A stretch of 59,352 nucleotides of DNA from Welwitschia mirabilis (taxonomy: Eukaryota): NCBI GenBank assembly GCA_051453625.1, contig JBOZIK010000001.1:17946294-18005645 (forward strand), given 5' to 3'. This document shows, in pieces, positions 13,235-26,019 of the stretch (position 1 is its first letter; the number at the start of each line of letters is the position of its first letter). A model generated the notes under the pieces. That model was not told the origin of the DNA. It was given only the letters and a program-made list of their open reading frames with translations, and did no database searches. A program made the position numbers and the translations under genes.

Positions 13235-16200
13235 TGTCATACCACACATTTTGTAAACCTTAATTACTTGGATATTAAGCATGTTAAGCTTTTAATTAGA
13301 TGATGAATTCCTCTTCTTTAAAAGCCTTGTTTAAATAAAATGATATTTTTGGTAATTTACCTTAATTTTATAGTTTTCATAATTCCATGTAAAAATAATA
13401 ATAATAATTATGTGGTAAAAATTTTCATAACAAAAGCTATCCAACCAATTCAAACTAGATAAGCCCATTATATAAGGAATTCAAATAACACCATAAAACT
13501 AATATATTGAAAATTTCAAGAGGACATAATAATGTATTCTAGATCTTATTTACTCAATATAAATTCTTGATAAATGTGATGGGTATACTATATTATGAAT
13601 AGACATTTGCTTCTTTATGTTGTGTAATTAATGGATTCTATACATTATAAAATAAATAAGCATATGAATAAGTACATGTACTATTACCTGAACTCAAGAA
13701 TGATAAATGAGTAAATTTACTCTTCCATAACTTTTTATCTTCTTGAGATGTGCAATGGAACTTAATTTATAACATATTTATCATTTTGTTCATTAAAATT
13801 AAAGAGTTTATATCATTATGCTATATGAAATTTTGAGATTTTTACATTTATTCTTTTGATGCATGTGTTGGATGAAGTAAACATACATACAAGCCTAGGA
13901 AGGACTAAAAAAAAACTAACATAAGGAAAATATTAAATGTAATTAATCTTGTCAATTAAAGTAAGAAAATTACTTACCGTAGTTAGGTGTATGAGTTATA
14001 AATATGATTTTCTTTTTATACTCTAATATCACTTTTTACACATTTTACTTATCAATGATAAATCATGTGATCTTATGATCTTGAATAATGTGTCTTTTGT
14101 TTATCTATATATAGAGATCCTTTGCTCTCTTGCAAAAAAGAGGAGATACTTTATATATTCCATGTAAGTGCATTTCCTTCTTTCCTCTCTCTTTCTTTTT
14201 ATTCTCTTGCTTGTGGAGCTTGGAGCTAAGAATTCTTGAGCTTGGAAATTCCATCGTTAACCACCAAGAATTGACTAATCTTTCTAAGTACGTTATTTGC
14301 TCATGTTATTCATGTGGTCTCTTTTAAGATTCTAGTAGAATGATATAATTTTGCATTAGTCAATTATTTATGATTTTCATTAAATTATATTATAAAAAAT
14401 TATTCCCTTCTATTGGCTTTCACCAAGATATGGAGAGATATGAGTGGTCTCTTATGGTAGGTGATTGAGGTTACTAATAAATGATTATGACTAAGCAATA
14501 AAGGGGTTTAATAAAAGAAAAAAAAAGACCTTTAAGTATCATGTCTTTTAATATCATTATACATGATATTATATTTTTTGTTAATTATGTATTAGATCAA
14601 TATTTTTATTTTTATTTTTTTAAAGAGATAGCGAGAAGGTAATTTGTGCCATATAAATGCCCAGTGGCATTTGGTTTTATGAAATCTATTCCATTTCTTG
14701 TGTTCATTGCCACTATTGGGATTTGAACTCTGGACCTTTGGGTCCATGTTTCTCTGATTTTATCACTCTAGTAAGTAGTTATTAACTATCATGTCAATCT
14801 TATTAAGGATAAACGTCTAATCCTCAAAAATCTTCTTTAGGCTAATATTCCCTCATCATAATCATAAGGCTCATTGTGAACTTTTTGTGCATTGATTTTT
14901 CATTTTACATTGATTTGTATTAGTCATATTTACTCAAGATATATTGTAAATAATTAGTTTATATAGTATATTCATTATTTTACTAATTCAAATTATTGCA
15001 TAACTAGTTATAAAATCTTTATTATGTTTTTATAGTGAAAGTTAAATTTCTAGAATAGAGGCATAGGTTAAGAACATCATATCTCATTAAATAATAGGTA
15101 TAAATTAGTGAAAAAAATTCGTAATTCTATAATTATATTATGATTGTGAAAACTCAAAATTAATAATTTTTTATGCATAATATTTTTTTAAGAAAATTAT
15201 TTATGAAATTAAGTTAGGAAGTAAATGCAGATAGTAAGCAATTAATTTATGTTTATAAAACTAAAAATTAAGCTATCTAAAAACTTGAGCATCCTAATTT
15301 GTGGAGAAGTAAATAATATTTTCAAAACATCTTGAATTATTTAAAAACTCAAACTATTTTGAAAGTTATGGTCATTTTAGTGTAGCACGGTAGAACTGTA
15401 ATTTTAGAAACTTTGACAGTTTTTAACCTTAAATCATGACCTTATACATAACATTTTTAGAATTCTAAAATATCTCCTCTTATAAGTCTAGTTTATGAAG
15501 AACTTACTTTAATTTATTTTTTAATCATATTAATTAATTATTAATTTTTTTTATTATAGTGTCTTCTTAAATCCCAAAATGTTTATAACTAATGTATTAA
15601 ATTATAGAAAAATATTTAAATAAAATTATTTAAATAATTCTAGTAGATAAGATAATTTGTTATAAGTAACCTTAAGTTACATTACTTAGGAATAGTATTT
15701 TATTAAGAGCAATACCTCTTTTACCTTTTTCTTTTATCTTACTATGAATATGTATGTTTAGAAGGGTTTCCACCTTAGTAGTTTAAGTAGTAATGAATAT
15801 TTCTTGATTTATCACTTATTTTCATGACTTATTGTTGCAAGGCCAAATTGGCCATATTTAACATCGTATTTGAGCATGATTTTAGGTCAAATTAAATAGG
15901 TTCATCGAAAAATATGGAAACTCCATCAAAGCTTAATGATCAATAGAAATCAAACAAATTTTTCATTGTATTCAACTCCTTTGTTATTTTAATTGAAGAC
16001 TCATGTATGCTATCCTATGAGAAGATGATTAGAATGGGCATCGCATCATCTACTTAGGAGTACTTCACATTGCAACGATCACAATAGAATCCATAATAGT
16101 CACATAAGATCTAAGGGCTGCATTCAATCACAAAAAAGGCATTAGAAGCCAAAATCACACTTGAGTTTGATGATCAAAAAGGATGGAAGCAAGAACAGTA

Positions 16201-19066
16201 TATTATCCAATGTATCCTTGCTTTAAAACTTGGAAATTAAATATATACCTTTGATTTTACAAAACACACTTGTGTAGTATGATCAACCCAAAATGTCATA
16301 CTCTAGAGAACACTTGCGAAAAGGGAATTAGAAGATTGATTGAAAAAAGATGAGACAAGTTCTGTAATTTCTGCTTCTTTCAATGAAAAACTAAATTAAC
16401 AACAATGCAAATGTGAATGCAATGGATAGTAATGGAATGAAATGAAATGCAATGCAATTGAATTAATATAACCTAAATACAAATATTAACTAAATTGTTA
16501 ATCTAATGTCACATAGATTATTCCTTCTAATCCATATTAATTAAAATAATGTCACTAAATTGCAATTAACATGAACTATAAGGAATAAAAGAAAATTTTT
16601 ATAAAAGTAATACAATTCAATCAACTTTGTTAATTAATCAAATTGTCATATATCCACTTACAAGTAAAAGTTCCTCCATGCAAGAATCACAGCCCAATGC
16701 GAAGGACACCTTTCTCACAAGCTAAGATAGATCCCTTTACCCCTTGAATTCCCAACGCATCACAAGTTCAAGATGTACAAAAAGTTGGTATAATGTGATT
16801 TAAGGGGGTTTCTTTATAGTGTAGGGTCAGCAGTTGGTTGTACTAAAGATTGGAATGTGAAAAGGCACAATCAAAACCAAAATTGTTATAAGGAGATTAA
16901 TTTTTTTAATAAATAATTAACCATCATCCACCTGATGTCATTCAAATGATAAGGTGGACGATGGTGCAACTTCTTCTTAATGCTTAACACCTATCCAACT
17001 TCATGGTTGATGCATAGTCCTAGCTGCCATTAGACGATATGGTGTATGACAGACTTAAATCACTATATATGCAAGACACATGATTATATGATAAAGGATT
17101 TGTTTATTTATTGACCGAGGTATCATCTGGATGATGAGGTGGACGATGACCTTACTCTTAGGCCTTTCTGTTGGAAAAGTGCTAGTAGTCATTTGGTGAT
17201 GTCAGCTAAACAAGGGGACTAATGACACACTATTCTGGCTTCCATTCTTCTTGATCATCAACCCCGAGTGTGATTTTAACTTTGAATGCCTTTTTCATAA
17301 TTGAATGTATCCCTAAGACCTTTTATGACTATTATGAATTTTATTGTAGTCGTTGCGATGTAAAGTACTCCTAAGTAGATGATTTAATCCCCATTCTAAA
17401 CATCTTCTTACAAGGTAGCATAGATAAGTCTTCAATTAAAACAAGAAGGGAGTTGAATACAATGAAAAATTTGTGTAATTTTTATTGATCATGAAGCTCT
17501 GATGGAGTTTTCATATTCCTCGATGAACTTGTCTAGTTTGACCTAAAATCATTCTAAAATATGATGTTAATTATGGCCAATTTGGCCTTGCAACATAGTT
17601 TCCCACTTAGACTTGTCAGTCTTTTGCAAAGTGAGAGGATAATTCTAGGTTGCAAACCAAATTGGTAAGGATAATTATTTATTGAAATGCATAAATAAAG
17701 TTTGCAAGTCTTTCCATATATGTTTCTAGTCAATATGGGCTTAATACAATATGTTCTTACAACAACTGAGAAAGATCATGTGTTATCCACTCTATCATTT
17801 GGACAATGATGGGGATGATAGCCTCTTTTTTTTTTCTTTTTTTCTTTTTTCTTTTTTTTTTCTTTTTTTTTGGCTCAAAAATTGATTCGTCCCTGGTGAA
17901 TAAGTGTCTAAAATGCATAACTTAACATAAAATATTAGACGCACATGATTTTTCTTATATTAGTTCCCCCACTTAAACATTTGTCAAATCAACAAGGTAA
18001 AATGGAGTGCTATGTAAATAAGATCATTTATGATATAGCTATGTGAGTCTTGGATAAATAATTATTTCTTAATAATCATTGTTGAGTTGTATTTCCTTCT
18101 ATTTATTTTTATTATACATAACCATCGAGATTGCTATATGATCATCGAAGAATGCTNNNNNNNNNNNNNNNNNNNNNNNNNNNNNNNNNNNNNNNNNNNN
18201 NNNNNNNNNNNNTCTGATTTGATACATTTTAAATATTTTTATTATTATCGAGCACAATAAAAGAATATTTCTTGTATTTAGATTTTCATTACTATAACCT
18301 TAAATATAAAGATGTTCGAGTATGCTTGTTTTCTCTTTGTATGATTATTTCTATAAAATAAGCCCAATATTTTGACTAGGTAAATAATTCATTAAATATC
18401 CATGCTAGTTAGAATTATATGCATACATTTATATGGTGTATTCATCGAACTAGACTAAATGAAGATAATCCTAATAATGATCATCCCTATACTCAGATTT
18501 CATCACCAAGGTGAGTTGCATTGCATTTTTTCTAATACACTTCTGGAAGTGGATTTGATCACCACTCTTCTATCCTACCCATGTACGAACTTACTCTGAC
18601 TTAATATCTAGAGATGTTTCAAGGGAGCAGGGTTCATTTGTAAGCATGTATCAACCTTGCATACTGTCTGTCACCTATATTGAAGGTATATTAAAGTGAG
18701 GTGTAAGCCTATGACAATGAGCCCCGCCATATTTGTATAATGTAAAACTTAAAGTACAACTAACAAGTTTACATTCTGCACTATATACAAGATATTTCTC
18801 TATGTAATTAAAAACTAGGAAAAAGTAGATGATATAACCTCATGACATCGTTGTTATTTATAATTCAAAATAACTTAGAAATTAATTATAGGTAAATATA
18901 TGATAACAATATGATTTTTTTCTCAGAATATAAAAACACTAATAAAGGAATAAGTAAATTTTGATCTTAAGATCTATTGTGTCTAATAGTTAATAATATT
19001 AATAAAAGAAGAAAGAAAAGGGGAAAAATAGTACCTAACTAGGGTAAGAAAATTTAGGGTGTTACA
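13235..19066 (+). repeat. Tekay-like 3' LTR (~3.6 kb excluding the nested 2.2-kb insert)
   Basis: TGTCATACC after the PPT, ending GGGTGTTACA. Homology to the 5' LTR breaks at 15832 and resumes at ~18027-18032. Confidence 0.85.
15833..18026 (-). mobile_element. Nested Athila-like fragment (family B: 3' UTR, PPT, LTR) capped by an inverted copy of its own LTR start
   Basis: Absent from the homologous 5' LTR. The minus strand reads AAGTGGGAAACTA|TGTTGCAAGGCC at 17595. 17596-18026 is similar to ~20953-21390. 15833-16206 is an inverted copy of 17222-17595. Confidence 0.7.
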
Positions 19067-19819
19067 CATACATCATTTTACCATAAGGTATTATCATCAA
19101 CACAAAACATAAGAAAGAAGATGTCATAATTGAATGTAGTACACTTAGTTTGTTTTTTATCCACTTCTTTTATCAAGTATATTAATGATTTACTTTTACT
19201 AATAAATTTTACCTTCTTAAAACTTAAATGAAATACATTAATAAATTAGTAATACAAAGATGCCATTTGTCATTTACGTGAATATTTTAATATTAAATGT
19301 TAATTTAATCATTTTTCCATGTAAATTTAATGCATTTTAATAACGGAGTTGTTTGATTTTAACATATAAATAGATTTTGCTTATTAATTTATTTTCTCAT
19401 TAAAAATATTTTTTATAAAATAATTATCCTTATTATTATATTTAATCAAAATTATCAAAGTTATAAACAATTGCTAGATAATTAAGATTAATTACTTAAA
19501 TATTATAAAAGTATCTATAATTCAAAATTAAACATAATGTATATCTTTGATATAAAAAATATAAGATGTTATTTATTATAAAGCTAGATATTAGTTTCTG
19601 TAAATTCTCTAATGGAAGAAGGATTTCATGTTAAAAATTTAAAATCAAAAGTCATATAATAAAGAAATTAACATTTCTAATATTTGAGTAATTAAAAGTT
19701 TACAAAATAGGGAATATAACATTTACTTAATGATTACTTCCACTTTAAGTGATTCTTAGAAAAGCAAAAGAATAAAAGACATTATTCTTTAAAAAGGACT
19801 AAATAAAACAATTAGATTG

Positions 19820-21413
19820 TAAAGGGGAACATGCATATAGCCATGTTAAAATGTGCATTAACATGTGCTTCAAATTCACTTATCTTATTTGATTAATATC
19901 CTATAATCTTTCAATATCAAATCCACCTAAGTATACACTAGAATAGGGAGTCAAATCCAATGTCATAAACTAGGAAGGAATTCAATAATTATTTAGAAAA
20001 TTGACTCGTACAAAGAAAAAGGTGTCGTTATTCTTTTGCAAATTAAGAATGAAAAATGAAATAATAATGCAATGAAGGATTGGTTGCAATGTATGTGAAA
20101 TGCAATTAAATCACAATGTGATGATTAAGTTTAATCCTAAATGTAATTAACTTATGAATTTTACTCTTTGTCTATATCAAAACTAAGATTAATCTAATTA
20201 CACATTAATTTGATTTCAACATAAACTATAAGGTATAGAAGAAGAAATAATTAAGAGAAAATCAATCAATTTTCCTCATCAAAATGTAACAACATCCACT
20301 TATAAGTAGTAACTTCACAATAAAGAAGTCTCAATCTTAAGTGATCATCCTACTAGCTCATCTAGATGATGATGATGGATAATTCTCAAGTTTTTAAATA
20401 ACTACCCTTAGTATGCGTTTCTAATATAACTACTACTTGTCATTCTCTTAGCTTCATCTAGATGATTATGGTAAACACCTATCTGAAAATAGATTCTAGT
20501 TTCTATTGGATTCTATTGAGAGTCATGCTCCTATCTTTATCTAGAAGACCTAATGCATGAAGCTTTGTTCCCATCAAGCACATCTCTAGACATCATCCCT
20601 TAATTCAAAATTGATTTCTTAGGTCCCAAACTATTATAATCATACTTTATATATCTCCATTAGTCAAGTGAACGCTTCTATAATGTTGTGATGTTACTAG
20701 CTGAAGTGCTTCTTATGTATGACACTCTTTGAGATGGAATTGCCTATCATTTTGGATTTATTAAAAGGAATCATAGATGGATCAGTCCTTAAAAATCATC
20801 TAAAGAGTGTTAAAAAGTGATGTAAAACTATACATTTTTCAATTATCATAATAACTAAGTCTAGTTATCATAATTTCCTCATGAACCTATCAAATAAGAC
20901 TAAACACACACTCCAAAATCATGTTAAATATTACCGATTTGGCCTTACAACATAGCCCCTCATTGAGAATTTTTTAGTCCCTAACAAAATAAGTAGATAA
21001 CAAGTAGTAAACCAAATTTACAAGATAAATAATCTAATTAATCATAAAAATGAATTTCAATAACTTTACAATCCAAGTTCAATGTGATAATTTAGTGAAT
21101 CTCCTATCCATTAGTTGATATAATTCATGTTGGACTTTTATTAGTCTAACTTCATCTAGATGACTAGGTATACAATGATTAATTAAATTAGTTTTAAGAA
21201 TGATTCATCCTCTTAACTCCTGTAGAACACACATGGACCTTAATAATGCCTGTGAAAACCTTCTATAGTTATTGTATGACAAGTACTCCATGAAAATAAT
21301 TAAACAACATTATTTTCCTATATTAGACTTCCACTATACATTTGCCAAGGATGACAATAAGAGAATGGAATTCTACTTAGATAAAAATCACATTGAAAAA
21401 AAATGACATAGTA

Positions 21414-21472
<59 letters not shown>

Positions 21473-23470
21473 GTCAAGATTTGAGTATAAACATCAAATA
21501 AGGCATAAGAGATATTACAAAATTCCATATAATGGTGATAAAATGCTAATATAATGATCAATTTCAATGAGGAGATGTCCTAAATAGTACATCGACATCT
21601 AGAGGAGGAGGTGGTGGTAATAGTGCTCACTCCTCATTCATTAGAAAGAAGAAGCTCACATACTTGTAAATGGCCTTGATGGTCTCAACATGTTGAGATC
21701 TAATCTCCTCCGGAAGTTCATTGTGACACTCTACTTGATATTCACCACTATATGCTTGATGGTTGTAACTCTTCCTCCAAGTTATCCATCTTCTAATTAA
21801 TCTAGTCCTTCAATCTCTACTCCACACCTACAAGTAGTGTGTGCATCTGTTCAAGGATAACTCCTCTAATAACACCTACTACAAGGTAACTCTCTGGGCC
21901 TATGGCTACTTTGGCTCTCTAAGGACCTAGATGTCCATATCCACAAGGTACCTAATCATAGTATGTAAATGATTTTAAGCTTGTATACCTATGGCTTTGG
22001 TATGCCATACATCTAGAAAATGGTTAAAAGGAGGCATGCAAATTCCAAAGTCTATGTAGATCAAATATTTACCATAGCCTATAGTGCCCCCAAATGAATG
22101 ATGCTAAATCCATCTATTTTCCTTATCAAAAAGTAATCAAAATCTATAGGTGNNNNNNNNNNNNATCATATAATGGTGGTGATGGAATGATGGACTAATG
22201 TTATGTATCAATGCCTTGTGGAGTACTTTGAATGCTAGTAGCAGGTATGTATCAAACAGTCCACAGCGATCTCCTATAGCATCCTATTGTATGTTAAGAA
22301 CAGTTTAGTATGCTAGTTAATCTTCCTTCTAAATATATGAATGTGGATGGCTCCTACACCATCCAAACTAGTAACCTGATTAATGTGCTCAAGTAAGATC
22401 TGCACGTCCTAGCCACAAACCATAGCTCTAATAGCATCTTTAATCTCTCCATGGTCTCCATATTAGAGCTCAATATGCATGATTTTATAAAGGTCACTGA
22501 TTTTTCTAACTTAGTGTGATCTGTGGACATGTAAGAGCCATTTCATCTAGATGTAGATGACACACTGGTCTACCTCTAGATTCAATCTCTATATGAAATC
22601 ATTGGAGTTTCTTTCTAGCTTGATCATTGTATGGACCCCCACTTCCCCACTTTCCCCCTCTCCCTTGCTTCCTGCCTCTCTCCCTCTCTCTCTCTTCCCC
22701 TCTCCCACTCCCTCCCCCTCGGCCACCACCCCAACCCCCACCCCCCTCTCCCCTCATCTTTGCGAAGAAGGGGTGTCCAATCCTCTATTTGGAAAGAGGT
22801 CTCAACTTTACTAACCTATCTAGCTTATGCACATGTCCATGACTGATTAAATAATACATGTGATGCATATACCATAAGAATATATGTCAAAAACATTACC
22901 TCATATAATTATGTCAAAAATAAGCCATAAAACCCAAAAAATGTGTCTTCTAAAGTTAAAATTTCTACCAAAAATTATGAAATGTATTTCTATCCCCTAC
23001 TAATTAAACCAATTCATGTTGAATTATGTGAAAAATAGGAAAGGAAAGGAGGAAAACAGACAATTAGATAAAAAGTGGTATAAAAAATAAGCACATGTAT
23101 TTATCATGCAAACTTAAGGCTAGAAATGAAAATTATGAGATGGTAGAAAGGTAGAGAATGTGAATCTAATATTTTGACGATAATTATGTAAAATTTCATT
23201 TTGAATTGAGAGAAACAATAGCATTTAAGCTAAAATCCTAGTTTCTAAGGAATTTAAGTCAAAATTACTAATTTCTCATAAAATATGTGGTGAAATCATG
23301 AACCATTTGAATCAAAACAATAGTTAGGAAAATTTAATGTTGCTATGTATAAACTATGTCTTTAGAGGCTCTAAAATACGATAAATAAGCAAATATAAGC
23401 TAAAAAGAGAAAACACCTCTCTTTTTAATGATAAAAAATTTTAATCCAGAGAAAAGGGGACATACCCTTT
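19820..23470 (-). mobile_element. Degenerate Athila-like Gypsy 3' half (family B LTR ~19820-20952, PPT, env-like/accessory ORF remnant)
   Basis: Minus strand TGAGGGGCTA|TGTTGTAAGGCCAAATCGG at 20952 resembles the LTR start at 17595. Minus translation of ~22350-22500, LYKIMHIEL*...AIRAMVCG*DVQILLEHINQV, resembles the FY..M...VRG..I.....IN pattern of Athila env-like ORFs. Outer boundaries are approximate. Confidence 0.55.
21416..21470. repeat. Compound (TA)n(CA)n microsatellite
   Basis: Directly visible. Confidence 0.95.
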
Positions 23471-23503
23471 TGGAATTCTAATTTCTTTAATGGTAAGGAT
23501 CTG

Positions 23504-24113
23504 TTGGACTTCCCAAAGCTTAAGAGGACAAGAGAGGAGTTAGAAGTTCTAACAAGGAGCAAGCTTAGAAATTATTGTAATCTTTCGATGAAGTATCAGG
23601 GGGAAGATAGAAAAATAAAAGAGGTAATAATAGCCCTAAGAAAAATTTTTCGAGGAGTGGAGTTAGCGCCTAATAAAAAGGACATCTAGCTAATTGATGG
23701 GGGTGGGATCTCTACAAAGGTGACTGTAATAAAGAAGTATAGTAGTAATAAAAGCATGGTAGGCACCTGGAAAACAGGGGCCACAAGCAAGTACGTTGTC
23801 CTCAAATGGCTAATTAGAAAGAACATAGTGCTACAGACGGTAAGATTGAGCTGTTGCGGTGTAAGAGTCTCGAAGGAATGTCAAGCATGTGGAGGGGCAA
23901 AAATGGTGCGGCGCCTATTCTAAGACTACCCCTTCGCGATCGAGGTGTGAAGGATAATAGACAAAAAGGCCACCTGGGAAAGAGCTCTTAACGCAACTCA
24001 CAAGGGCTACAACATGGCGCTTTGGTTCATTTGGAAGGCAGGAAACAACCACATTTTTTCACGGTGGCAACGAGCACGCAAAGAAGGGACTCCCTCATCT
24101 TGAGAAAATTGAA
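23504..24113 (+). pseudogene. Non-LTR retrotransposon ORF2 C-terminus (zf-RVT zinc-binding region)
   Basis: One frame with in-frame stops: KDI*LIDGGGISTK...WKTGATSKYVVLKWL...RLSCCGVRVSKECQACGG...RLF*DYPFAIEV*R...ALWFIWKAGNNHIF. This matches the plant L1 pattern WK...K..F.WL...RL..RG...C..C...HLF..CPFA..VW...W.IWKARN..IF. Confidence 0.8.
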
Positions 24114-24134
24114 GCTCACTAGGTGATAAAGAGG

Positions 24135-25378
24135 ATGGGGAAGCATCCCACTATGAGGAAAGAGAATACGAAATGTAGAAGCAAGAAGGACCTTTAGCAT
24201 CAAATGCAGCACATGGGGTGGGAGACGTTGGTAAAGTTAAAGGGCAACCCGAGATTTAATTCGATCAAAGCAATGGTAAAGGGGAAGCTTCTGAAAAAAA
24301 AAAAGGAGGAGGATTCTGGTGACTCTGAATCTGATTGTGCGAGCCACGCGTCTGAGGGAAAAGGGAGGTTTGGTGCTCCCCTCTTTCTATGGAAACTCAG
24401 ATGCGGATTGTTTTCTTGGACATAGGGCACCTAAAAATTCAAAGGTCACATTCAAAAAGCAAAGCTAAAATAGGTGTAGGCCCTGGTCGTGGAGTTCATG
24501 AACCAATTCATCGTTCAAAAGGGGAACCGAACAATAAAGGGCTCCACTTCAATTTCCTGCTCGCATTGAGAGAACAATGACAACTCAACCCTCCGCTATT
24601 CTTTGCCAAGAAGCTAAAAGGGAAGTTCAATGGAAAGCACTTAGGTCTTATTTGCAGGCTGAGAGAGTTCATAAGGAAGAGGAAGCGGATTTCAAACAGG
24701 CTCAACAAAGACGAGAAGAAAGAGAAGAGGGTGAGCACATTGGAACCTGAAATCCCATCAATTCCAGGGGGCAAAAGAGCCCCTCGCTAGAAATTCGTGA
24801 GGACAGGAGCGCTTACAAAGGGAGAAGAAGTGAAAGAGCCTGAAGCGAGAGTTCGTGAGGATCTCAACCTTATTCCAGCCAGTTCACCGAAAGGGAAGGA
24901 AGCTGAAGCAGAGCGTGAAGCCTCATCTGACTCAGAGGTAATTGTCTTACGTGACAACGAGGGCAAGGCAAAACCAAGTTCTCAACAAAATGAACAGCAG
25001 TGGAGGGGTGATAGGAAGCAAGAAGGGCAAGATGGACAGGAGCATTCAGAAGATCAGACACTTCACAGGAAGACAAGGAGGAGAGTCCTGCAAGTAAGCA
25101 TAGCATAACACTGGAACTCAATTCTCTAGCTGCGTAGACTATTTCAAAATCCTGGGTGTAATCAAAGAACGTCAAGACAGGAAATCATCTCTGCTCATAC
25201 AAAGCTCGCTTTCAAATGGCACTTGGACAAGAATAGACACAGGGCAGCAGAGGCAGCAGAAAAAATGGTTAAAATCAATAACGCGAAAGACCTTCTAACG
25301 GATGATGATGCGTGAAGGGCTTATAGTGAGGAGTTCTTCGTTCAGTTGGTCAGTAAATACACAAGGCAAATCTATTGA
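24135..25378 (+). pseudogene. Decayed ORF (~410 codons): retroelement accessory-ORF-like N-half, charged linker, C-terminal DnaJ J-domain
   Basis: Possible start MGKHPTMRKE at 24135. 24389-25378 is largely one frame with stops explainable as CGA/CAG/CAA deamination. J-domain at ~25121-25330: IL/SCVDYFKILGVI/RTSRQEIISAHTKLAFKWHLDKNRHRAAEAAEKMVKINNAKDLLTDDDA*RAY, where / marks a frameshift. Confidence 0.7.
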
Positions 25379-26019
25379 GTGCTCTTGTCAACCGATTTTC
25401 TGTTGTCATGTCTATTCATGTGTTTTTCTTTTATTATCATGTTTGTTGTTTATCATTTCTCTTTCACATTTGTGTTTTTGCAGCTAGGCTCAACCCAGAT
25501 TTTACATGTTTTGGTTGGATCTCGGGCATGCAAGAAGTTGCTTCTGCAAATGAACAATTTAAATCTTTGGTTTTCCTTCCAGCTGTCTTGTTGATAGCTT
25601 AGTTTCAACACCCTGTGTTTGTATGGTTTTTTTAAGACAAAATGCACAACCCTTTTTTCAAAAATAATAATAATAATAATTCATTCGTAGAATACACCCT
25701 ACGATTCTTTGATGAATATTGAGTGTCAACTTACAAGAAAAATGCTATGTTGACCTATGACAAAAGGAAAAAAACCATTAAAGATACCATCAATGTTTGA
25801 GGATATTTCATTATATAAATAATGTATTGTAACTGTTTACCAAAACCTTACAATCATTCTACAATAAAACCTAAAAACTAGGTTTTTTGAGCTTGATGCA
25901 TTCACCATGGAAAAGGACGTTGTCAAAAGGGTGAGGTGGGTGAGACATACTTTTCTTTAGAGTGGGTGACACGGTACTTTTTGGGGAAAGGTGTTTGCCC
26001 ACTACTATTGAAGGGGCCA

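Larger units (their letters stand above)
5255..19066 (+). mobile_element. Degenerate Ty3/Gypsy chromovirus (Tekay/Del-like): truncated 5' LTR, gag-pol remnant, interrupted 3' LTR
   Basis: 5' LTR remnant ~5255-7784 (ends TTAGAATGTTACA) aligns with ~14323-19066 (ends TTAGGGTGTTACA). Decayed tRNA-Met PBS TGATATCAAAGT at 7788-7799. PPT GAATGGGGAAGGA at 13222-13234, then TG at 13235. Domain order is PR-RT-RH-INT-chromodomain. Confidence 0.9.
23500..25680 (+). mobile_element. Candidate 5'-truncated LINE-like element with an extra 3' ORF and (TAA)n tail
   Basis: Abrupt switch to GC-richer, CpG-retaining, purine-biased sequence. zf-RVT remnant, second ORF remnant, T-rich 3' UTR-like stretch and A/(TAA)n tail at ~25659-25680. 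No TSD identified. Confidence 0.6.

Noticed and set aside
22557-22846. Three overlapping Pro/Ser-rich ORFs
   Set aside because: Artefacts of a C/T-rich low-complexity tract lacking stop codons.
25121-25378. J-domain remnant as a retrocopy of the neighbouring J8-like gene
   Set aside because: Different J-domain subtype, no visible nucleotide similarity, and no Trp-rich J8 tail.
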